From Nemertoderma westbladi (lineage: Eukaryota; Animalia; Xenacoelomorpha), in assembly GCA_032718475.1 (NCBI GenBank), contig JAUCBJ010000426.1, forward strand, positions 1 to 33,731: a stretch of DNA of 33,731 bases. The letters are read 5' to 3'. Positions 22,701-33,731 of this stretch are shown one piece after another (position 1 is the stretch's first letter; each line of letters opens with the position of its first letter). Under the pieces are notes generated by a model. That model was not told the DNA's origin. It made no database searches and worked only from the letters and a program-made list of their open reading frames with translations. Position numbers and translations under genes: made by a program.

Positions 22701-25700
22701 CAGAGGCGTAGCTATAGCGGGTTACTCGCCCCTCGGCGCCAATCAGAGGGGGCGCCAGCAAAATTACTTTTTGAGTTGTTATAATTTTCGATAGTTCGAT
22801 ATTACAAAAATTAAAAAGTTATTATTTCAAAAGTAATTTGGGAATATTTTTGGTAATTTTGATATTAACTGAATCATCTCATGCAAAATCTGATACCAAC
22901 TATTAGCACCTTAAACAGAGACAGCGGGCACCTTAAACAGAGTCATCGGCCTCAATAAACAGAGACAGCGGGAACACTAAACAGAGATAGCGGGCCCCTT
23001 AAACAGAGACAGCGGGCACCTAAAACAGAGACAGCGGGCACCTTAAACAGAGACAGCGGGCACCTTAAACAGAGACAGCGGGCACCTTAAACAGAGTCAT
23101 CGGGCTCAATAAACAGAGATAGCGGGCCCCTTAAACAGAGACAGCGGGCACCTTAAACAGAGACAGCGGGCACCTTAAACAGAGACAGCGGGTACCTTAA
23201 ACAGAGACAGCGGGCACCCGATACAGAGTCAGTGGGCACCTTAAACAGAGACAGTGGGCACCTCCAACAGAGTCATAGGGCTCAATAAACAGAGACAGCG
23301 GGCACACTAAACAGATATAGCGGGCCCCTTAAACAGAGACAGCGGCCCCCTTAAACAGAGTCATCGGGCTCAATAAACAAAGACAGCGGGCACCTTAAAC
23401 AGAGACAGCGGGCACCTTAACCAGAGACAGCGGTCACAATAAACAGAGACAGCGGGTCCCTTAAACAGAGATAGCGGGCACCTTAAACAGAGACAGCGGG
23501 CACCTTAAACAGAGACAGCAGGCACCTTAAACAGAGACAGTGGGCACCTTAAACAGAGACAGCGGGCACCTTAAACAGAGACAGTGGGCACCTTAAACAG
23601 AGACAGCGGGCCCCTTAAACAGAGTCATCGGGCTCAATAAACAGAGACAGCGGGCACCTTAAACAGAGACAGCGGGCACCTAAAACAGAGACAATGGGCA
23701 CCTTAAACAGAGACAGTGGGCACCTTAACCAGAGACAGCGGGCCCCTTAAACAGAGTCATCGGGCTCAATAAACAGAGACAGCGGGCACCTTAAACAGAG
23801 ACAGCGGGCACCTAAAACAGAGACAGCGGTCACAATAAACAGAGACAGCGGGTCCCTTAAACAGAGATAGCGGGCACCTTAAACATAGACGGCGGGCACC
23901 TTAAACAGAGATAGTAGGCACCTTAAACAGAGACAGTGGGCACCTAAAACAGAGGCAGCGGTCACAATAAACAGAGACAGCGGGTCCCTTAAACAGAGAT
24001 AGCGGGAACCTTAAACAGAGACAGCGGGCACCTAAAACAGAGACAGCGGTCACAATAAACAGAGACAGCGGGTCCCTTAAACAGAGATAGCGGGCACCTT
24101 AAACAGAGACAGCGGGCACCTTAAACAGAGACAGTAGGCACCTTAAACAGAGACAATGGGCACCTTAAACAGAGTCAGCGGGCCCCTTAAACAGAGTCAT
24201 CGGGCTCAATAAACAGAGACAGCGGGCACCTTAAACAGAGACAGCGGGCACCTAAAACAGAGACAACGGGCACCTTAAACAGAGACAGTGGGCACCTTAA
24301 CCAGAGACAGCGGGCCCCTTAAACAGAGTCATCGGGCTCAATAAACAGAGACAGCGGGCACCTTAAACAGAGACAGCGGGCACCTAAAACAGAGACAGCG
24401 GTCACAATAAACAGAGACAGCGGGTCCCTTAAACAGAGATAGCGGGCACCTTAAACAGAGACGGTGGGCACCTTAAACAGAGATAGTAGGCACCTTAAAC
24501 AGAGACAGTGGGCACCTAAAACAGAGGCAGCGGTCACAATAAACATAGACAGCGGGTCCCTTAAACAGAGACAGCAGGCACCTAAAACAGAGACAGCAGG
24601 CACCTTAAACAGAGACAGTGGGAACCTTAAACAGAGATAGCGGGCACCTTAAACAGAGACAGCGGGCACCTTAAACAGAGTCATCGGGCTCAATAAACAG
24701 AGACAGCGGGCACCTTAAACAGAGACAGCGGGCACCTTAAACAGAGTCATCGGGCTCAATAAACAGAGACAGCGGGCACCTTAAACAGAGACAGCGGGCA
24801 CCTTAAACAGAGACAGCGGGCACCTAAAACAGAGACAGCAGGCAACTTAAACAGAGACAGCGGGTACCTTAAACAGAGATAGCGGGCACCTTAAATAGAG
24901 ACAGTGGGCCCCTTAAACAGAGACAGCGGGCACCTAAAACAGAGACAGCAGGCAACTTAAACAGAGACAGCGGGTACCTTAAACAGAGATAGCGGGCACC
25001 TTAAATAGAGACAGTGGGCCCCTTAAACAGAGACAGCGGGCACCTAAAACAGAGACAGCAGGCAACTTAAAGAGAGACAGCGGGCACCTTAAACAGAGAT
25101 AGCGGGCACCTTAAACAGAGACAGCGGGCACCTTAAACAGAGACAGCAGGCACCTTAAACAGAGACAGTGGGCACCTTAAACAGAGACAGTGGGCACCTT
25201 AAACAGAGACAGCGGGCCCCTTAAACAGAGTCATCGGGCTCAATAAACAGAGACAGCGGGCACCTTAAACAGAGACAGCGGGCACCTTAAACAGAGACAG
25301 CGGGCACCTAAAACAGAGACAGCAGGCAACTTAAACAGAGACAGTGGGCACCTTAAACAGAGATAGCGGGCACCTTAAACAGAGACAACGGGCACCTTAA
25401 ACAGAGACAGCAGGCACCTTAAACAGAGACAGTGGGCACCTTAAACAGAGACAGCCGGCACCTTAAACAGAGACAGTGGGCACCTTAAACAGAGACAGCC
25501 GGCACCTTAAACAGAGACAGCGGGCACCTAAAACAGAGACAACGGTCACAATAAACAGAGACAGCGGGTCCCTTAAACAGAAATGGCGGGCACCTTAAAC
25601 AGAGACGGCGGGCACCTTAAACAGAGACAGCGGGCACCTTAAACAGAGACAACGGGCTCCTTAAACAGAGACAGCGGGCACCTTAAATAGTGACAGTGGG

Positions 25701-26261
25701 CACCTTAAACACAGACAGCGGGCACAATAAACAGAGACAGCGGGCACCTTAAACAGAGACAGCGGGCACCTTAAACAGAGACATTGGGCACCTTAAACAG
25801 AGACAGCGGGCACCTTAAACAGAGACAGTGGGCACCTTAAACAGAGACAGCGGGCCCCTTAAACAGAGACAGCAGGCTCCTAAACAGAGACAACGGGCAC
25901 CTTAAACAGAGTCATCGGGCTCAATAAACAGAGACAGCGGGCACCTTAAACAGAGACAGCGGGTCCCTTAAACAGAGATAGCGAGCAACTTAAACAGAGA
26001 CAGCGGGTACCTTAAACAGAGATAGCGGGCACATTAAACAGAGACAGCGGGCAGAGACCTGATAAAAACGATGGAATTGATGTACTAAAAATCTTTTAGG
26101 AGAGATTTTAGGAGAGATACTGTAGTAGTGCGCCGCCCTATCATAGAAAAGACACGTGCTTTGAAAAGGGGCAAACATAGTTATGAATTTTATTTGCTAG
26201 CTAAACGTTCGTATACCTTGGGTAGAACGTAGGCCTACTGAGAAACCACGCTATGCCTCTG
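22701..26261. mobile_element. Putative non-autonomous hAT-like element enclosing a satellite
   Basis: Ends CAGAGGCGTAGC ... GCTATGCCTCTG (11/12 inverted). GC-rich GGCGCC/GGGGC subterminal motifs. Flanking 8-mers CCTACCTA / TGTACCTG match at only 5/8. Confidence 0.55.
22906..26053. repeat. 22-bp satellite (TTAAACAGAGACAGCGGGCACC), ~140 copies
   Basis: Directly visible. Recurrent variant units such as GTCATCGGGCTCAA and CGGTCACAA. Confidence 0.98.
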
Positions 26262-28308
26262 TGTACCTGTTAAGGGATCTAAAGTTAGGTCTAGGAATTT
26301 TTTGAGGCATAGAAACCAAGCTAAATTTTGTTGCTGGACCCGAAGTTATAGTATGGGGTAATAGACTCTGGATCTTGGGGAAAACTCAGCTACATACAGT
26401 AGTTGCTTCTTTTAACTACTAACTTCTAACTAACTAACTAACTAACTATAGCTAACTTCATATTGAAATCTTATATTTTATCAGAGAGCTACTCAATATT
26501 TACGTGCATAATATTTTATGTCAAATCTGTGCCATACGCCATCGCTAACCTTGTTTATTCGTTGCCCGGCATCGATTATCATAGTACTGGACTCTTATTG
26601 GTTGTCACACTTTCTGGTGTTCTTATTGGCTGTTCCCATTTGAACTGTATATATATAATCGAACGTTTTCCGTGTAATAGTAGGCCTAACCTTTAAGATC
26701 TGAGGCTTGTAACCTTGTTGGACACATATTTCATCTTGTTGTTCACATTGCAACTTACTGTACATATTGTAACTTGCTGTGCACATTAAATCTTATCATC
26801 ATATTATAGTTATTATTATTGCATTGTATTGTTCATGAATATACGAGACTCAGGATCACACCACTTTGCCTTCCACCCGGTAAGTGGTAACTGTAACCTG
26901 TCTGCAGTAGATTCGGTTCATTTAGTGCGAGTATATGTGTCCGCAATACTGCAATATTATTCCCCAACTTGCAACTATAAATATTCAATATCGCAATGTG
27001 TCCAACACGAGTAAATCGTGCGCTTTCCACGCACTAGATCACATGTAGCATCCTACTTGCAATATAAATAAGTCTCACGTACACTTGCCCACCGACAACA
27101 CAACATAACGGAACAGTTTACACGTACATATTATTATTAATCTTTATTGCAGGCCACAGGGGCCCATAAAACAGTAAAATTTAATTAATATAATTATTCA
27201 GCACACAATTAATGCTACCTACCTAACCTAAAAACCATAATCTAAATATTTGATAAATTACGCATTTGAACAATTCTACTTGTGAAAGAAGTAGATTCTA
27301 CGGTTGATAGGGTTACATAGTGCATTATTCCCTTGAAGCAGTTTCTAATGCCGAAACTTGCACACCCAAAGTAATTGATTATACATTCAGACCAGATATA
27401 TACATTAAATAATATATATATTCAAATATACGTGAGTGCTCCTGCCGTGTGGCAGGTATCCCGAGGCATTTGATAGCACTCATAAGAACCACAATAAACG
27501 AACCTTCTTTTAGCAGATGTTAAGATAGCGCCTGGAGACAATTGTTAGCTGGATTGTCAGTCCGCCTGTGAAAGCCACGACAAGTGGGGCTCTTCGATAT
27601 TACACACCAACAGGTGAGGTAATATTCTACTGTATGTAAATGTATGCACATTCCAGTACACACCAAGACACACAAGATAACACAGTTACTAATGAATGTC
27701 TAGCTTGCAAACATCTTGTAGGCCTACTTTATACTGTATTACCATCTTTTGGTCACGAAACAAGGATCGCTGCCCTTATATTATTGGGTGGCGTTTACAA
27801 GGAAATAGGTCGATGGTTCTTATTGATTATCCATTGCCATTTATTGCCTTTTTTCACGAGAGGGCAAATATGTATATTTAATGTGCTAACCCGTCGACAA
27901 GGGGGAGGGGGAGACTAGTTCAATCTTATCATCTTTCGTTTAACCACTTCACCGGTAGGACTGATATAGCTTATACTACTGTACTACTATAGTTACTACA
28001 GTTAGTTAGTTACTAGTTACTATAGATACTACTGTAGAATATTTAAATTATCCAATGGAAACAAAGAGACTTAGTATATACGTGAATTTTAGGTCTACTA
28101 TTTATTCATCCCGTGTTTGTGTATGAAAGAGCCGAATATTATTGATTTATCAGAGTCTGAATGTAAAGAGATGATCAACCGATCCCGTTATTCCGTTTGT
28201 CTGATAATCAGATACTGACATATACCAATATATGTACTGTATGCCAATACTTGTCTAACAACTCAAACCCTACCGGACCTGAAATGAAAAATCGTTGTTA
28301 TCAGGAGT

Positions 28309-28476
28309 CCTACGCGTAGCTACTCGTATCACCTACGCAAAGTGCTACGCGTAGTTTCAAAATACCTACGCGTAATTTCAAAACACCTACGCGTAGTTGT
28401 TAAAAAGGCAATAAGTCTGGCTCTACCGGTAAATGAAAATAATGGAAGTTAAAAACTACGCGTAGCTACGCGTAGG
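28309..28476. repeat. CTACGCGTAG palindrome cluster bounded by 21-bp inverted repeats (MITE-like)
   Basis: 28309-28329 versus the reverse complement of 28456-28476 matches 19/21. Six TACGCGTA copies plus variants. Confidence 0.65.
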
Positions 28477-29299
28477 TCAAAACGATTTACCCTAATTCTC
28501 GCCGTTTTAAACTTGTTTACATTACACAAGTTTGAAATGGTAGTTCTATATTACTGTACTTTTCTTTGGCATTTGCACTCCTTTCCAAATTACTTAACTT
28601 AAATATAATTGCCTGTGTTCAATATATAATATTATAACATGAAATAATGTTAGGCAGTTCGGTACTCTGAGTTCTGTGTGCCACATGAGACATGAATGAA
28701 GCCAAGATCTGATAAGAATTATCAATTATTAACAATAAGAATTAACAAAAGTCTCAATAAATCACACCAAGACAAGCCAAGCCAATGTATCCCAATACTG
28801 TAACATTCAAGACCCACAAAGTCTTGGTGACTCTTGGACACTCCAGACAAAACTCACCGATAATTACCAAGAACTCAAGGCATTCAAACCGCAACTATTG
28901 GCAACTCTTGAGTAGAGTTGGCCAATATTTGTACCAAGTTGGTACTGTATTTGGTTTAAAATTTTCCAAAACATGCAAGTGGTTTCAAGCCATTTGGTGG
29001 TTATACAAAGAAATATACTAATAATGTATACAGTATTATATCCATCGTGTTTTTTTTTTGCCAGCCTCAGCTTTAAACAAAAACTACCCATTCTAAAGAC
29101 ATGTTCGTTTGATAACTGTAGGTCCTACAGTATACCGTACGGTACTTACTAAAGTCAACATTTAATCCTATCCGTAGGCCTACTAAAATTAATAGATTAC
29201 TCCGTGCTATAACGTTTAGTGACAGATTTTCCTCTTCTGTACCCATTTACAAATCTTTTAATAGTTTACCTATCCAAGTGGTTTACAAATAAATACCTG

Positions 29300-29454
29300 G
29301 GGTCGTATTAATAAAAGTGAGCTATATAGCACGTTCTACCTAGACCATCTACCTACATAGTATGATAGATGGTTTCAATTAGACCGTCTATGTAGACCGA
29401 CTACCCAAAAAAGAGGGTAGACGGTCTACGTAGTTGGTTTTATTAATACGGCTC
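29300..29454. mobile_element. 155-bp PIF/Harbinger-type MITE with CTG TSD
   Basis: TIRs GGGTCGTATTAATAAAA / TTTTATTAATACGGCTC (15/17). CTG on both sides (29297-29299, 29455-29457). Internal TAGACCGTCTAC-like motifs. Confidence 0.8.
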
Positions 29455-31088
29455 CTGGTGTTAATATTTATGTATAATGTTTTAAAGGGTAATTGTCCAA
29501 GGGATTTAAAAAGGCTGTTTTCTGAATCTGACGCTGTTTATTCCCATAGAACGCGAACACGGTAGGCTAGCCAAAATAATTTATATAATATTCCATCAAC
29601 ACGTATTCTTGTATCTCAAAGATCACTAAAATATCAGCTTTTTTTGTGGAATTTATTATCTATTTCAATTAAAGAGCTTTATTCAATAAATATATTTTCT
29701 TATTTTTAATTAATGAACTGTAACTGCGGGGTCATATCTATGCCTGATGCTTTGGTCAGTGTTCATTGCGGTATCGTTATCGGCATATTAGTGTCCCTGT
29801 CTATTCCGGTATCCTCTTTCAATTTGGGTTTACTTTATTTCTAACTTGTCTCATTGTGTGTAATTTTTCTTTCAAACGTCGTGCCTACGTAAGCTGAATC
29901 GTCACTTTTATGTATTCATATAATTATACGCGGTGCTTTAAATTTAATTATATATAACGTATACGTTAGTAATTCTAATAAACACATGTACTGTATTAAC
30001 TTCGTCAATTTTCTCCTAAACGGCGCACAGCCACGTACTAGCTTTGCTATTTTGCTGTGTTGCCCTTTTCACTATATAAATAATACAAAAACAAACTCAG
30101 TTGATTACCTACTGTAGTTAGAGTAAATTTGAATTTCACATTACATTTAAATTTTAATGCTCCGGCACTTATTTCCAGGTAATTTAACTGTTTGTAAATA
30201 TGTAAATTTTGATTGTAATTTTATGATATGTATAGTGTATGTACTGTATAGATATTAGTGAAATAAATAAATAAAACTGAAACTGAAAAAGCGGAAAACC
30301 CAGTTTTAAGGCCGACCGGTAACATCTTGAAACACCTACCTAGATTTATCAATAATGTTAGAACGAAACGAGGCGGGAAAACAGACTGATACATCAGATC
30401 CCTTTGTTTGGCGGAAATTCAAAATTAAACATCATAATTATCGAAATAACCCATTGCTCTGTAAATCCGAGCGGGATTTTTAAATTGCAGAATTGGTACC
30501 AATAATCTTCCAATTCAGTCCACAGTCCAGCAGTCAGCTGGTCAGTACTCTGGTACTGCAGTACTGCACAGCAGTATACTGGTATATCAGGTATTTACAG
30601 ATACAGAGATACAGAGATATACATAGTACCTTAGTACATACACAGTACTGCAGTACCGGAACTGAAGTAATGCAATAGAAAAAATTGTGGTGATCAGTAC
30701 AGCAGTAAGGGGCAGTCTGGCAGTAGGCCTGCTGGGTGAGCCAGAAATTTATTTTCGCTGTCATTCTTTAGCTTGAACAGTTCAATCGTTTGAAAAAAGT
30801 GTCTCCGGCAGTGCGGGCTCCGGCAGTCCGGCTAAAGAATTAAAGTGAAAATAACAATTATGGCTAACTGCTAACCCAGCACACAGCAAGGACAAGCAGT
30901 CAGAGATCTATGCCAAAATTGGCAGTTTTCAAAAATGGAAGTTTTTATTCCAATTTCGGCATTAATTCCAAAATTGGAAGTAGTACTGATAGGCACCAGT
31001 CAGCCAGTTATTAGATTAATAATGTATTTTGAACTAATCTATTTTCATGAAATTTATTATAGGCCTAATGCATTATATTTCGGTAAAC

Positions 31089-31480
31089 GAACTTAGATCC
31101 GGCAGGGCCTGACTTTGACAGTTTGAGGAACTTATATCTTTGCGAACTTGGGTCCTATATATGCGTACATAGATCCTATATCTGGGTGAACTTAGATACT
31201 AACTGGCAGACTAGGTGAACTTAGATCCTATCCGGCAGTCCGGGGGAACTTAGATGCTTGCGAACTTGGGTCCTATATATGCAAACATAGATCCTATATC
31301 TGGGTGAACTTAGATCCTAACTAGCAGACTTGGTGAACTTAGATCCTATCCGGCAGTCCGGGGGAACTTAGATCCTAACTACTGCACTCGGTGAACTCAG
31401 ATCCCAATTTATACAAATTCCTTCAGTCCTTAGCAGATAGAACACGCTAGACTGCTAGAGGAGAAGCAAACTTAGATCCC
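31089..31480. repeat. Complex tandem repeat with GAACTTAGATCC core and a 118-bp higher-order unit
   Basis: The core recurs more than 10 times. The block starting at 31141 repeats at 31259. Confidence 0.85.
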
Positions 31481-31579
31481 ACATCATGTAGTGCATTGGC
31501 TGCATTCAATTGATATTATAGTATTGTACTGTGTTACATTAAGCATATAAAAGTACTTTATAATATATTATATTTATAA

Positions 31580-32335
31580 TATCTATTACAATATAGGCTA
31601 TATCTTTTTGCGGAGTCACATAGTAGTCTGAAGTTCCCTAGTCTGCCGCTAGAGGGCGAAATGTCTCAAAGTGAAAACCATACAGTAGCTATAAATTGGT
31701 TACTAGGCAATAATACTACATTTTGTATAGTTAGGCCTATTGCTGATCGAACGAAAACTGCCCTGGTCCATGTGAGGATCGAACCCACGACCTACTGGAG
31801 ATTTGAATTCAAAGCAACCACTACACCAAGGTGGAACAGTAACGTTCGAATTTGTTCGTTAACGTTCGAATTTGTAAGACTCTGATTTAAGAACTGAGGC
31901 ACTCCCCACAACCACAGCCACAGAGCTGTGGTTGTGGCTGAGGCTGTGGCTGAGGCTGTGGCTGTAAATGTGGCTGAGGCTGTGGTTGTGGCTGTGGCTG
32001 TGGTTGTGGGGAGTGCCTCAGTTCTTAAATCAGAGTCTTACAAATTCGAACGTTAACGAACAAATTCGAACGTTACTGTTCCACCTTGGTGTAGTGGTTG
32101 CTTTGAATTCACATCCCCAGTAGGTCGTGGGTTCGATCCTCACATGGACCAGGGCAGTTTTCGTTCGATCAGCAATAGGCCTAACTATACAAAATGTAGT
32201 ATTATTGCCTAGTAACCAATTCATAGCTACTGTATGGTTTTCACTTTGAGACATTTCGCCCTCTAGCGGCAGAGTAGAGAACTTCAGACTACTATGTGAC
32301 TCTGCAAAAAGATATAGCCTATATTGTAATAGATA
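31580..32335. mobile_element. 756-bp foldback with 344-bp inverted arms and a (GGCTGT)n-like spacer
   Basis: 31580-31923 is the reverse complement of 31992-32335 with about 6 mismatches. The outermost dinucleotide is TA at both ends. Confidence 0.93.
32078..32152 (+). ncRNA. tRNA-derived SINE-like head (Pol III A and B boxes); mirror copy on - at ~31763-31837
   Basis: A box TGGTGTAGTGG (32087-32097) and B box GGTTCGATCC (32130-32139) in a GTGGG/CTCAC T-stem. No convincing anticodon arm. Confidence 0.7.
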
Positions 32336-33147
32336 CCGACTGGGGGGTCAAAATTAAGTAATAATATATCTAAAAAGTCTCAAACATCTTACCTCATGGC
32401 TCGCCCCTCAGAACTCTTAAGCAATATACATGTAGCTTCATATTTTTTAAGGAAAACTGGTAAACGAGATTTGTTACTTACTCATACCTCGCAGACTTAA
32501 GTAATTAATTATACAGTAGGTTAGATCGTTTTGAGAGTAGGACCATTGGAAACAGCGCCCTGGAAAACCTCAGTACAAATAAAATTAATAAAGATTAACA
32601 GGATATAGCTTGTTATAATAAAACATAAATTATATATAATAAAGTAGAACTATTATTAGGGTTGTAAATAAAAAAAAATTCAATAAATTGAAGATAAACT
32701 GTATATAACTTATGTATTAAAAGAGGGCCTTATTTAATTATGTCCGGTCAGGCGCGCAGGCTGCTTCACAACACAATGTGAAAGAATGCAATCTATTGCA
32801 AAACCAGATGTTTATTCTGATTTCTCAGGCGATTTGACAATGGTCTACATGACAACGAAGCTGGAGGTTTAAATAATTTAAAATTTGTGGCAGGCCCACG
32901 TTGGTATACAATATAACTCAACATAGGATTCAATGGGATTAGCCATGCTACGTCTAATAAGAGCCCAAACAGCCACAGATTATTGAGGGACTGAACCAGG
33001 ACCAAACTGGCCCATTTTATTTTCCTGAAAGGGTAAATCGTCACCTTCAAGGCAGAACACCCTAAGTCGATTTTTTTCGATTTTCATGTTTTTGACTTTT
33101 TGGGTAATTCGATATCGGCTTTTTCGTGCTGGCAGAACCCCGAAGCA

Positions 33148-33290
33148 TTTCTACCAGCCATTTTTGAGTTATAAGCCAAAGACAGTTCCCCGTAACTTAT
33201 GCCCACTTCGAGGCAGAACCCCACAAGTCTATAATTGGCTTGCAAAACACCGTAAATTCAAGTATATGAAATTCAGTCCACCTGGCAAAA
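33148..33290 (+). repeat. Dispersed repeat, copy B (unclassified)
   Basis: Homologous to 22288-22426. GGCAGAAC(C/A)CC also occurs at ~33052 and ~33131. Confidence 0.8.
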
Positions 33291-33395
33291 CCCCTTAAAT
33301 TAGAAATAAAATCCTGTAAAATCCTTTAAATCAGAAACAATAGCCTGGCAAAACCCCGTAATTTATCATTTATATACTGGTTTGAATTGCGGCCA

Positions 33396-33542
33396 GGACA
33401 CAAATATTAATGAGGGACACAAAAATTATTGAGGGACACAAACATTAATGGGACACAACATAATGAGGGACACAAACATTAATGAGGGACACAAACATTA
33501 ATGAGGGACACAAACATTAATGAGGGACACAAAAACATTAAT
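33396..33542. repeat. ~20-bp minisatellite (AAACATTAATGAGGGACACA), ~7 copies
   Basis: Directly visible. Confidence 0.9.
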
Positions 33543-33731
33543 AGGGGTCCATGGTTGCCAATGGATATTAATATGAGCGATGGTGATGCTTGCCATCAGA
33601 CGATTAGATATTAAGTGATTAACTGGAATTAATACTACCGTGGGAACGTGAGCTTCGATCAAAGTACCGCCGTTTTGTATACATTCCATCTTCCTAATTA
33701 GATGGAAATTAATTGAAAGCGACGTTCGGTT

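Noticed and set aside
22906-26053. CRISPR array
   Set aside because: Head-to-tail monomers with no unique spacers, no cas genes, and a eukaryotic context.
32078-32152. Functional tRNA gene
   Set aside because: A/B boxes and T-arm are present, but I could not build convincing acceptor and anticodon stems.
31661-32254. Paired 74-aa ORFs MSQSENHTVA...
   Set aside because: Mirror products of the inverted repeat overlapping a tRNA-like head. No protein features.

Overview
Eukaryotic, AT-rich, repeat-dense genomic DNA, probably from an invertebrate bilaterian (inferred from the GPCR and transposon types). No prokaryotic operon, CRISPR array or rRNA is visible. Host-like coding content is a convergent GPCR pair: a single-exon class A receptor (11577-12749 +) and an adhesion/Methuselah-like class B 7TM (13733-14734 -). 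A signal-peptide-bearing Pro/Thr-rich ORF (17890-18639 -) may be the ectodomain of the class B gene. The rest is mostly mobile DNA: a pogo-superfamily DD35D transposon joined to a truncated RTE LINE, five further RTE pieces, an RTEX-like RT, an L2-type 3' end, a Harbinger-type MITE, a hAT-like shell around a 3.1-kb 22-bp satellite, a 2.4-kb 18/22-bp satellite and a 756-bp foldback. The most unusual signals are: (1) chains of TA-[3-4 nt]-TA words that resemble stacked transposon excision footprints; (2) the foldback, with outward-facing tRNA-like Pol III heads and convergent CTCF-like motifs; (3) a minisatellite born from an RT catalytic motif; (4) the possibly split adhesion GPCR. I see no firm evidence for a new multi-gene protein system. 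All counts and alignments were done by eye.
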